A model generated the notes under the pieces. That model searched no databases. It was not told the DNA's origin and was given only the letters and a program-made list of their open reading frames with translations. Below, one piece after another: positions 47,876 to 58,328 of a stretch of 64,000 nt of DNA. Made by a program: the position numbers and the translations under genes. Position 1 is the first letter of the stretch, and each line of letters begins with the position of its first letter. Origin of the DNA: Heteronotia binoei (taxonomy: Eukaryota); assembly GCF_032191835.1 (NCBI RefSeq), contig NC_083236.1:45322001-45386000 (forward strand), given 5' to 3'.

Positions 47876-48126
47876 TGTCATATGTCACCAAAGTTCCACA
47901 TTCCTAGCCATCAGTCCTGACTAAACTTCCACTGCCTCCATACGCAATTGTGATGTTGCTTTCAACAGGACGAAGTGACAACTTACTTGATCCTAAAACT
48001 GCAGTTTGAGTTGTGATGGAGCTGTAACAAAACTGTAATTTATTTACTACTTGTAAACTGCTTTCAGCACTCAATACGCATAAAAGTTGGATATAAATCT
48101 CCTAAAATAAGCTGAACAATGGGACT

Positions 48127-48376
48127 AGAGAGCCAGTTTGGTGTAGTGGTTAAGAGCGCAGGATCTAATCTGGGAGAATCAGGCTTGATTCCGCACTCCT
48201 CCACTTGGAGCCTGCTCAGTGACTTTGGGCCAGTCACAGTTCTCACAGAGCTGTTCCTCTCAAGAGCAGTTTCTGTCAGAGCTCTCTCAGCCCCATCTAC
48301 CTCACAGGGTGTCTGTTGTGGGGAGGGGAAGGGAAAGGAGACTGTAAGCCACTCTGAGACTCCAATTGAAGGATGG
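48127..48376 (+). mobile_element. Squam3-like SINE running into the assembly gap
   Basis: GAGAGCCAGTTTGGTGTAGTGGTTAAGAG head; same body as the 23198 copy. Confidence 0.75.
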
Positions 48377-48591
48377 NNNNNNNNNNNNNNNNNNNNNNNN
48401 NNNNNNNNNNNNNNNNNNNNNNNNNNNNNNNNNNNNNNNNNNNNNNNNNNNNNNNNNNNNNNNNNNNNNNNNNNNNNNNNNNNNNNNNNNNNNNNNNNNN
48501 NNNNNNNNNNNNNNNNNNNNNNNNNNNNNNNNNNNNNNNNNNNNNNNNNNNNNNNNNNNNNNNNNNNNNNNNNNNNNNNNNNNNNNNNNNN
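48377..48591. other. Assembly gap (215 N)
   Basis: Run of N. Confidence 1.
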
Positions 48592-48741
48592 CTTAGCTAT
48601 TGTTCCTCTCTGAAAGTGGAAACCTGGGTCCTTATCTCCATTCTGCCGTGGAAGCTCGCTGGGTGACCCTAGCTGATCTTTCTCTCTCAGACCAGCCCTA
48701 GTAGTCCAGCGTGGAAATCACTGAGGCAATGTCAACAACTA

Positions 48742-48912
48742 GGGGTGGAATTCTAGCAGGAGCTCCTTTGCATATTAGGCCACACACCCCTGATGTAGCC
48801 AATCCTCCAAGAGCTTACAAGCTCTTGGAGGATTTTACAAGCTCTTGGAGGATTGGCTACATCAGGGGTGTGTGGCCTAATATGCAAAGGAGCTCCTGCT
48901 AGAATTCCACCC
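48742..48912. mobile_element. Palindromic (foldback) MITE with perfect 74-bp arms; copies at about 10780-10955, 39912-40080, 47440-47610, 57770-57940, 63630-63802
   Basis: Arms 48743-48816 and 48839-48912 are exact reverse complements; at least six family members in the window. Confidence 0.85.
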
Positions 48913-49319
48913 GTCAACGACAATGTCGGGTGATCTATTTCCATTCTACCCAACGAGGATAACCTAGTTTTCAAAGCTGTTTTGTTTCGGAAATAATCCA
49001 GGAGGGAATAGGCAGAGCCAACCACAAGCGGTATAGCGAAAGGGTAGACTGAAGCAGGCAGAGCCTATCTCCTTCAGGAAGCAAAGCAACCTAGTTGGAT
49101 CAGGCAGAGGTCAGAGTAAGGCTGTATTGGTGAAGGCCGTTTTGCCTATAGTGGGAAGGGCACAGTTAGCAGCAAGTCCTCTGGAAAGTCACCAGAAGAG
49201 CCAGCAAGGTTCTTCACTGAGGGAGGTCAATGGAGTTGTAAGTTCTTGTTTGTCAATCCCCTGCAGCTGTGAAATCAGGTGGGCATCTTAAACCAAGATC
49301 AAGGCAGGCAGCTGTTTTT

Positions 49320-49725
49320 GTCTGTCTGTAGGAGTAGAAAAGAGCAAAAGTCCAGCAGCGCCTTAAAGACTAACACAATCCGTGGCAGGGTAGGAGCTTT
49401 TGTGAGTCACTGCTCACTTCTTCAGATACAGCTAGAATGTGAGTCCATCTGTCTTTCTATCTTGGAGAGCAGCATGATTTCAGATGCCAAATGACAATAG
49501 CAGGCAAATGATAATGTGATTGGATTTGGTGTGATAGGCAGAGAGGTGCTAGGTTTGGAGAAATCAGCATTAGTGATGAGAAACGAAACCTAGGTCCCGA
49601 TTCAGTCCAGGAGGATGCATTGTCTTGAGCTTCATTATCAATTGCATTTCAGCAGCCTCTGTTTCTAATCTCCCTTTGAAATTCCTTTGTAAGGGAACTG
49701 CTACTTTTAGGTCAGCAAGTGAACA
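49320..49725 (-). mobile_element. Penelope-like retroelement 3' fragment: GIY-YIG C-terminus plus terminal repeat with a decayed minimal hammerhead
   Basis: Minus frame DLKVAVPLQRNFKGRLETEAAEMQLIMKLKTMHPPGLNRDLGFVSHH resembles reptile PLE endonuclease tails. CTGAAGA-stem-AAAAGCTC lies at about 49390-49430. Confidence 0.8.
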
Positions 49726-52700
49726 TTCCCACTGGAGGGTGGACTTTATGGTATTATACCCCATTCAAGTCCCTCCCCCATCCAGATTTCATGTCCAAAT
49801 CTCCAAGATTTTCCCAATCCATAATTGGCAGCCACAGGGGTGATGAACAGGCTATTTGAGCATTGCACAGAATGCATTTCTCTCTTGACTAAAGGCCAAA
49901 CTACACATTCAGGTTTTAAAATGGTTGGATTCCTGGCAACCTCGTTGCAGCTATGGGAGCATGGCTTTTAAAAACAAAGGAGGGCTCAGATGGATCATCA
50001 CCACAGGGAGTGGAATGACTCCTGCCTTCCCTCCCCTCCCCCCTCAAGCCCTTTTTCTGTGCTGAAACAGCATTGGGGAGGAATAATTTCCCCATTTTTT
50101 GTATTCTGTATTCCAAATACACCATTTGGAGTATTCTGGGCACATAGAGCACCAAAGAGGGGAAATAAGTCCCTCCCAAGTCTGTCTCTGCAAGGGAAAA
50201 TCCACATTTGTCCCCAAGTAATTGCAACATCCCACTTCTTCTTCTGTAACCCATGCAAGTTTCATCTTCTAGACAATGCTCTTTCACATACATTATCCTG
50301 GACAAAGTTATGCCTGGCCTCCAGTGGGACCGTGCTCTGCCAAGACATTGCAGCTGCAAACCCAACAGTTCTGCAAGGCAAAGGAAGCGACATTCTGACA
50401 GGTCCTTCCCTTTTGCCTCAGTGGCACTGAAGGCCATGATGTCCCCCTCACAGAGCTCAGCATTTGTAAACTGCAGGGTAAGGGTGAGCATAAACAATTC
50501 TCCATTACAAATGGGGAAATGCCTGGGGTTAAAGAAGAGTTCATTCAATGCATCTTTTAAAAAGTTTAATAGGGGGTTTAAAGAAAAGTTCACACAAAAT
50601 GCACCTTTTCAAGAAGTTCTTAAGAAGCCCAAATTCTTCTACCTCTTCTTATTCTGGAGACTTCCAATATGGACAAAGACTCATCATTTGGATTTTGCTG
50701 CACGTAACAAAGATCTGTGCCGACTTTGGAAACCCACTCATCGTTCCTGAAGATTCACATCTGATACCACAGCCAGGCTGCCTCAGCGCTTAACCTGTGT
50801 TAAATGCACCAAGTGGGCCTCAAGCTACACCATTACAAGAGATACCTTGAGTGAAAGGGAATTATCCCTCAATCATCCCTAAAATCAGAGATGGCTATAA
50901 CGGATCTCTCTGTGTGATAAAGAGATCATGTCTTCTGGAGAAGAGGGTTGAAGCACCCAGGGAGAGAGGGGTGAAGCATACAAGCTTTGATAGGCCAATT
51001 GTCCAGTGCTTTTGTGACCTCACTGGCAGCAATGAAAAAGGAACATTAGGATGGTGAGATCTCAGGGTGCAATCACACAAGAAATCTGGCTCGACCTGGC
51101 CGGGCGTCCCATCCGGATTTAATGTGCACAATCGCACACGTGCATCTGTCCCCAGAGTCCTGCCTGTACCTACCTTGTCCTAAGATGTGCTGGGACTGGA
51201 TTAAATAGCTATTGGAAACTTCCCAGTAGCAAACCTCTAAAATGTATGTCGGGCACATTTCCCAACTGTCTGAACAGCCAGGTGTGTAATGCATATACGC
51301 ACGAGCAGTCTGAACGCTCCTCTTGCGCGTGTGCAGCCTGTGCCTCTCCCGGCCACAGGGTGGGGGGCTGTGTGAATGTTCCCACACAGATCAAAGAGAA
51401 CTGGGTTTTTCAGAGCCAGGATACTGCCGTGCCAAATCTCTTGGGCAATCCCACCCTCAGTCAGGAGGTCAACAGGTCTGGAGAAAGATGTACGAGCTGC
51501 AGTAAGAGGGACAAAGATGCATAGAGAACAAGAAGGAGCAGTGCAGAGAAGTATGCGGTAGCTGAAGATGGACAAGGAGCAGGGTTGCCAGGTTCTCCCT
51601 GGCCAGCAGGTAGGGACGGGCACGGGTAGGAAGGCTGGGAAACTCCTGGAGGTTTGGGGTGGAGCCTGGGGAGGACAGAAACTTCAGTGGGGTGTGATGC
51701 CACAGAGTCCACCCTCCAAAGTCCACCCTCATTTTCTCTGGGGGAACTGATGCTTGTAATATGGAGATAAGCTGTAATTCTGGGGAATCCCCAAGTCCCA
51801 CCTGTTGGCTGGCATCCCTCCCAAGGAGTGACATGGAGTTATAATTTTGGGGTGGATATAAAAGTTGGGTATGTAGAAGTTCTACTGACTTTCAGTTTCA
51901 AACACACAGTGCTCTCAACTTCCCCATTACTAACCTATTCCAAATTTTTGCTCTGATCAAATTACTTGCACGTCTTCAAGCAATTAAAGATAGATATGGG
52001 TGGGCAGCAGTGTTGGCCTGAAGCGGCAGGACAAAGCTGGAATACTAATCTCCCTCATCAACCTCCTGGTCTCAGCACCTTTGCACCTACAAGAATACAG
52101 CATGAAAAATGAGGATCACCTATAATTGGAGAAGATTTCTGTTCACTTGAAAGGATTCCAGGAGACAGGAATTGGGGAGGTTTACTTCACAGGCTCATGC
52201 CTGCTGACCTAGACAGAAATATCCTAGCAGCATAAAATTGACACCTATCTCAGTGGCTGCAGTTTCTTTCACCTTTCCTATCCCTCTCGCTATCTCTGAC
52301 CAGAACCTCAACTTGCCTACTTCTGAATTCCTGATTTGTCACCTGACACATTTGAGCTACAGATCTTGAAACAACCTTGCAAATAAATTCACATAAGTTT
52401 ATAGTCAACTGGGTGGCCTTAGGAAAGCTCCTCACAAGTGGCCTCAGCTCCCACCCTCAAAATATCTGCAAGATGGGGATTATAATAATAAGAACTTACA
52501 TTGTAGGACTGTTGTGAAGATTTCAAGATAATGAACATGAAGTGCTCTGTATAGCAACCCTGGAGTTCTCTGGAGGTCTCCCATCCAAGTTCTAAGCAGG
52601 GTCGACTCTTCTTAGCTTCTGAGATCTGCACCATCCAAATCTATACTGTGCTGGTATACCACTTTTAAGCCCTTCTCTCTCTTTAGCTTGAGGCTTCTCA

Positions 52701-54081
52701 CGCTCTATGTAGTTCCGAGTATGACCAGGGTCAGCTCTAGACTGTCTGGCACCCTAGACAAGACTAATTTCTGCCCCCACCCCCGCTGCACTGATAACTG
52801 TCACCAAGTAACATGGGGAGGGTGGGTGCTAGGGTTGCCAAGTCCAATTCAAAAAATATCTGGGGACTTTGAGGGTGGAGCCAGGAGACATTGGGGTGGA
52901 GCCAGGAGCAAGGTTGTGACAAGCATTAATGAACTCCAAAGGGAGGTCTGGCCATCACATTTAAAGGGACCATGCACCTTTTTAAATGCCTTCTTTCCAT
53001 AGGAAATAATAAAAGATAGGGGCACCTTTTTGGGGGGCTCATAGAATTGGACCCCTTGGTCCAATTTTTTTGAAACTTGGGTGGTATTTTGGGGAAAGAC
53101 ACTAGGCACTATGCTGAAAATTTGGTGCCTCTATCTCAAAAAACAGCTCTCCCCAGAGCCCCAGATACCCTCATATCAAGTCTCCAATATTTCCTATGGG
53201 AATAAGACTCCATAGTGAATAATAGAGTTCCCAACAGACATTTCCCTCCCCTCCCCCCGCTTTCTGATGACCCTGAAGCAGGGGGAGGGCCTCCAAACCG
53301 GGTGATCCCCTGCCTCAACCTGGGGATTGGCAACCCTAGGGGTGCCCAATTTAGCGCATCCAGAAGACTGGCGCTCTAAGCAATCACCTAGTTTGCCTAA
53401 TGGCAGGGCCAGCCCTGAGTCTGACATAAACAATGTTTCTTCTCTTTCTGCAGAAATCCAGCCTGTTAACATTATAGCTTTAAAAGTTCATCAAGAGAAC
53501 ACAAAGCAGAAGAAATACATTCATTGTTGAACGATTCTAGTAATATGTATATATATTATATTTGTTCTAACAAATACTTTAGTTAGATCTGGTACATTTA
53601 TTATTAATTTACACAATAAAGATCTATTTTGCATCCTTTAGTTTGCTTGATTCGGTTTAATTTATTGGATTTCTAGCCCACCCTTCTCGCAAGCGGGCTC
53701 AGAGCGGATTACAGCATAACCATAAAACAATGAAAATTACATTTGATGTGTTAAAAACTATTACAAAATAAAACCACTACTCTTCAGTAAAACGATGGTG
53801 TCCAGAAACGAATCATTTTATATTCCAAGTGATCCACTGAGGCATAAATAATCCCAGTGAAATCTGGAACAGTCTCTTGGAACCCGGCCCAACAAGTGTG
53901 CCCCTGGAACACCTCCCCCCCACCCCCAAAAAATGCATTACCGTGTGGATGCTCAGTTGGAATTGTGAATACCTTTGCATTCACAGCAGCAACAGAAGAA
54001 ACACAGAAAGTCATCATTGTGTGGTTGTAATGATAGACAGAAAAGGGTTCTGCACACTGGAAGACTGCTATTCAATTAAAG

Positions 54082-54550
54082 CAGGGGTCATTTTGTAGAA
54101 AAATAGGTAGCGGAGCTCATTAGCATAACTCATTAAGTTATGCTGCACACCCTCCCCCCAGCCAAAAGCAACCCGATACAAGAAAGGAGAGCCCCAGGCG
54201 AACAAGGCCTGCTTGGGCTGGCTAAAGATCCAGCCAGCCCAAGCAGGCCTCTCTCACCCGGGGCTCTCCTTGCCCGCCCCCACATCAAAAGGCCAGTAAG
54301 CCACCCGCTGCCCATAATCACATAAGAAGTGGAGAAAGGGTGGCACGGACTTCTCCAGAGGTTAATGAAGGCTGCTGGGGGTGTGGCAAAGCTCCTGGTG
54401 GCTGGCTGGCTGCCCGCTCTCCTAATCCAGGGATTGTTATGAAGCTGCACCTACTATTCAATGGACGAGGTAGGTGGGAAGGAGGAGGTGGAACCCTCAG
54501 AAAGGTTTAGGAGCTGCGCTCCTGTGAGCTCCTGCTGAATCTGAGGCCTG
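54082..54550. mobile_element. Non-autonomous hAT-like element (469 bp) in the copy A 3' flank
   Basis: Ends CAGGGGTC...GAGGCCTG; 8-bp flanking repeats AATTAAAG/AATTAAAA (7/8 match); absent from copy B. Related fragments lie at about 31440-31620 and 40400-40468. Confidence 0.7.
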
Positions 54551-54648
54551 AATTAAAAGCAGACTGAAGCTGTTCTGTTTTCAGAAAAAACTTCCCTGAT
54601 TTCCACCAGCCAGAAGCAACACCCCATCCTCATATTTCTTCCAGCAAC

Positions 54649-55668
54649 TTAATTTGATAACTTCTCCATTGAAACACCACTCTCTATTGTAGATTTCTCC
54701 CTGGCAGATTTTTCTTCTGAGTCTTCATGAATTTTGGCAAACAACTTGGCAAAATTGCTCTCCCGTAGCCCTCCATGGAAACTCCGTGCAGCGAAAGCGT
54801 ACAAGATTGGGTTCAGGCAGCTGCTTACAAAGGCGATAGCCCCGTGAATGTTCATTGTTGCTTTGGTCACCTGGAGCAAGTTCTCTGCCGTCTCCGGGTG
54901 TCCCTCTTTCAGCAGCAATGCAACGTTGATGAGAATATTGAAGACTTGGTAAGGGAGCCAACACACAAAGAAAGCAATGACCACCGCTGCAATCAGCTTC
55001 CCTGTCTTCATTTTCTTGTGGTTCTTCAGTATCTTTAGCCTCTTCAGGACGCAGGTGTAGCAGACAGCCATCACAGTGAAAGGGATCACAAAGCCAACCA
55101 AGGTCTCCACAAAGTTCACCGTCACTCGCGTCCGATCGGTATAGTACATTTCGTCCGCGCACACGCCTTCCTTCTTGGGCTTGGAGGACGCAATTAGAAT
55201 TGGGCTTCCGAAGATGCAAGCGGCCACCCAGAGCAGCAGCAATGTACAGCGCACCACACGCGGCCGCCCAAACTTTTGGGAGTGAAATGGATAGGTCACA
55301 GCGGCAAAACGATGGAGGCTCATCAGCGTGATGAGGAAGATGCTGGCATAAACGGTCAGGTAGACACAGAACTTGAGCAGCCTGCAGAAAATGTCTCCGA
55401 AGACCCAGCCGTAGAGGAAAGAGTAAATCCAGAAGGGTACGGTGCTCATGACAATCAAGTCTGTGATGGCCAAGTTCAGAATGAGGAGAAGGGTCAAAGA
55501 GTGTCGGGAGAACTTGGTAACAATAATCCAGACCACAAAGCCATTCCCAGGGAAACCAACCAAGAAGCAAGCAAAGAGAAACAGGCTTGGAAGCACAGAG
55601 ATAGACTCATGAGTTTCCCCTGTCCCTGTATTGTTCCCTTCCAGCTCTGAGGCATTGTAGAGGTCCAT
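54649..55668 (-). CDS. Leukotriene B4 receptor (BLT1/BLT2)-like class A GPCR, copy A, 339 aa from MDLYNASE
   Basis: Uninterrupted ORF with 7 hydrophobic segments and family motifs GFPGN (TM1), LNLAITD (TM2), YASIFLITLMSLHRF (TM3), VETLVGFVIPF (TM5), CWLPY (TM6), FVSSCLNPILY (TM7), FAKLF (helix 8), plus N-terminal N-glycosylation sites NAS and NNT. Closest recalled family is BLT. The start Met is inferred; the ORF is open further upstream to 55863. Confidence 0.88.
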   Translation of the reverse strand: MDLYNASELEGNNTGTGETHESISVLPSLFLFACFLVGFPGNGFVVWIIVTKFSRHSLTLLLILNLAITDLIVMSTVPFWIYSFLYGWVFGDIFCRLLKFCVYLTVYASIFLITLMSLHRFAAVTYPFHSQKFGRPRVVRCTLLLLWVAACIFGSPILIASSKPKKEGVCADEMYYTDRTRVTVNFVETLVGFVIPFTVMAVCYTCVLKRLKILKNHKKMKTGKLIAAVVIAFFVCWLPYQVFNILINVALLLKEGHPETAENLLQVTKATMNIHGAIAFVSSCLNPILYAFAARSFHGGLRESNFAKLFAKIHEDSEEKSAREKSTIESGVSMEKLSN

Positions 55669-55888
55669 GTGGCTTCTCGTGCAGGACTCAGCTTTTGCAA
55701 GTAACCAACTGGCCAACGGCATAAATAAGAGCTTCAGAACCAAGAGGAAATGACTCGGGGAGGGGGCGTGGCATAGTTCATAGATGGATAGATTGGTTCT
55801 GCTTCGGAAACATTTTGTAAGAACCTTAAATTCCTCTTTTTGTGGTGTTTGCTTCTGATGCAATCTAAAAGGCTTCCTAAGGAGATGC

Positions 55889-56704
55889 TGTGATGGAAAG
55901 CAATGGGTTAACCATAAACTGAAGACGCACAGGGCTGCGTCAGGTGACCTGAGGGTGGGGGCAAAGTGCTCGGAGCTCTCAGGGAGGGAAAGGGGTAGTG
56001 GAGAAAGAGAAACTGCTGAGGCAGTCAGTCAAGTTGATGTCTGACAGAGTGGAGGCCTGTCAGAGAAGTCTGTCAGTGGGGACCTGACAGAGACTGAGAG
56101 GGTCAGTTTGAGCCTGCCAGAGAGGCTGAGGGGACAGCTGATCCTGTGAAGGAGCTTGAGGCGGAGACGGGGAAGTCTTCCAGAGACTGCAAGCTCGACA
56201 AAACCAGCCAAGAGGGCTGTGTGTGTGTGAGTCAGTTAAGACCTGAACGGTCACAAACACCTAGAGACAACTCTGAAGATCTAGTGAGGTGGTTGAGGGA
56301 GTGGATGTGGGTCTGAGACACCAGAAGGGCTGAGAGGAGAGACTCCAGTCGAGGGGTGAGACTTGACACATCAATCCCAAGAGGCCAGACCTTGGCTAGA
56401 GGTGGAGAGTGAGTTAAAGGGAAACTGTGAACTGTGTAACTGTGAGAGACTCAAGAAAAGATAAAGTGAATGTAAAGCCTGAAATAACTGAACAACGTAT
56501 TAGCCTGTGTAAATATCTCCCATATCCCCAAGTTAAGAACTTTGTGTTACAATAAATCTGTGGTTTAAGTTAAAGTGCTCAAGAGCCTATATTTTGTGGG
56601 AAGAACAAACAAAGCTGCTGTGGTCCCATCAAATAAACAAGTAAAATACCCCGAAGAGACTGAAATAAAGAGATCCAGTGAGGCCATGAGGTTGTCGCTG
56701 CTAT
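55889..56704 (+). mobile_element. 816-bp segment present only in copy A; solo-LTR-like insertion flanked by AGATGC direct repeats
   Basis: Copy B has a single AGATGC at this site, copy A has AGATGC-[816 bp]-AGATGC. Starts TGTGATGG and has AATAAA motifs near its 3' end, but ends GCTAT rather than CA. Classification is tentative. Confidence 0.6.
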
Positions 56705-58328
56705 AGATGCCTTCTGCTGATCTTAACATTTCTGTGTCCCAGGTGGGGAATCACCTCTGCTGCAACCAACATCCCTTCTGCACCTGTTACTTGAATATTT
56801 AAGTGTCGGGATCATGCTTCCATGCCACTGCCACAATGTGATAGCATTTGTTTGTGTGTATATATGTCAAATTACAGCCAACCTATGTTGACCAGTTAGG
56901 TTTTCACAGCAAGGGGTGAATGGAGGTCTGCCAATGCCTACCTCTGTGTAGCACCCCTGGACCTCCTTGGTACTGTCCAGGACTGATCCTGCTTAGGCTA
57001 GCCTGAGCCATCCAGCATTTAGCTTCTGTTAAATGTATCAGCTGGGCTACGCAACCCTTACACACAATAATTTTGAAGTAAAAGAGAGCTATCATGCACT
57101 CTTCCCTGAATCAGATTACCCTATGCCTGTGTGAGAGTGAAATTCTCTGTTATGCACCCCTTTCTGCCTTTTGCCTTCCTTTACACTGGAGGAAAGTACT
57201 TCTCCTAATGGACCAGATCTGCAAGATCTAATCCCACAGCAATGGGATTTCCCGTATGAGTTCTTCCCACAGCATTTCCCATACGAGTTCTTCCTTTTCA
57301 ACTTCTGAACAGCAACCATCACCATAGAAAGATGTTAGTAGAAATCAGGCATATACTGAAGCAGGGCTTTTTTTCTGGAAATAGATGTGCCGGACCTCTC
57401 GGGGGAAATGAAGGAGAAACACATGGGCGCCCCTCATGAACTTTAACATATCTTTTGATAATTTTGTTTCCATGCCTTTGTCTGGATCATTGGATGTTTG
57501 AATCTACATATTACACACACCAACGCATTACACACTTGTCAAAGGACCTTAAGGCCAAGGTCCTATTAAGGGACACAGGCTGGGCAAATGCAAGGAATGC
57601 AAAGTATTTAAAAAAGATGCTTTTGTGACCCGCTACATCCATCCATCAAAATGCTGGTAGATATCAGGATTGAGACCAGTTTTCCCTCTAAGTTGAATTA
57701 GTCTGAGCCAGGGCTATTTTGTAGAAAAAGCCCAGCAGGAATTTATTTGCATATTTAGACCACACAGGGCTTTTTTTGTAGCAACCCCTTTGCATATTAG
57801 GACACACACCCCGGATGTAGCCAGTCCTCCTTGAGCTTACAGTAGGCCCTGTACTATGATTCCTGTAAGCTTTTGGAGGATTGGCTACATCAGGAGGTGT
57901 GGCTTAATATGCAAAGGAGTTCCTGCAAAAAAAAGCCCTGAGGCCATACCTCTGGCGCCAAGCCAGCTGGAACTCTGTTCCTGTGCATTCCTGCTCAAAA
58001 AAAGCCCTGGTGTGAGCTCGCAGTTTTTTAGCTTCTGGCTCATGCATTTTTGTCTGTACAGCAACACAGGATGGCTGCTTGTGATCATGAAATAGTGTTG
58101 GGGTTGGAGTGCTGTAATGAGGATTTAGGATAGGTTGCCAGCCTGGGTTGGGAAATCCCTAGAGATTTTGGGGGTGGGGCCTGGAGAGGATAGGGCTTGG
58201 GGGAAGGAGGAACCTCAGCGTGGTACAATGCCATGGAGTCTACTCTCCAAACCAGCCATTTTCTCCAGGGGAACTGATTTCTGTCCTCTGGAGATCAGTT
58301 GTAAAAGTGGGAGATCTCCAGGTCCTAC

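Larger units (their letters stand above)
53420..58137. repeat. Tandem segmental duplication, copy A (homologous to about 60705-64000 and beyond)
   Basis: Collinear blocks 53420-53640/60705-60925, 53900-54080/61020-61170, CDS/CDS, 55669-55888/62341-62560 and 56705-58137/62555-64000. Homology runs off the window end. Confidence 0.9.

Noticed and set aside
48127-48200. tRNA gene
   Set aside because: A- and B-box-like motifs belong to a SINE head; no cloverleaf.
48119-48666. ORFs spanning the N run
   Set aside because: Artefacts of the assembly gap.
49916-50593. 225-aa minus-strand ORF as a possible MATCAP1 or other gene
   Set aside because: No resemblance to MATCAP1 (wrong strand, no HExxH) or any family I recognise. 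Kept only as an unexplained-region finding.
54725-55570. 281-aa alternative-frame ORF inside receptor copy A
   Set aside because: Frame shadow of the GPCR CDS. The equivalent in copy B is only 164 aa, so it is not maintained.
55669-55863. Long N-terminal extensions of the receptor ORFs (to 55863 and 62622)
   Set aside because: They cross a polypyrimidine tract and AG acceptor, differ in length between the copies, and are interrupted upstream by the copy A insertion; most likely intronic.
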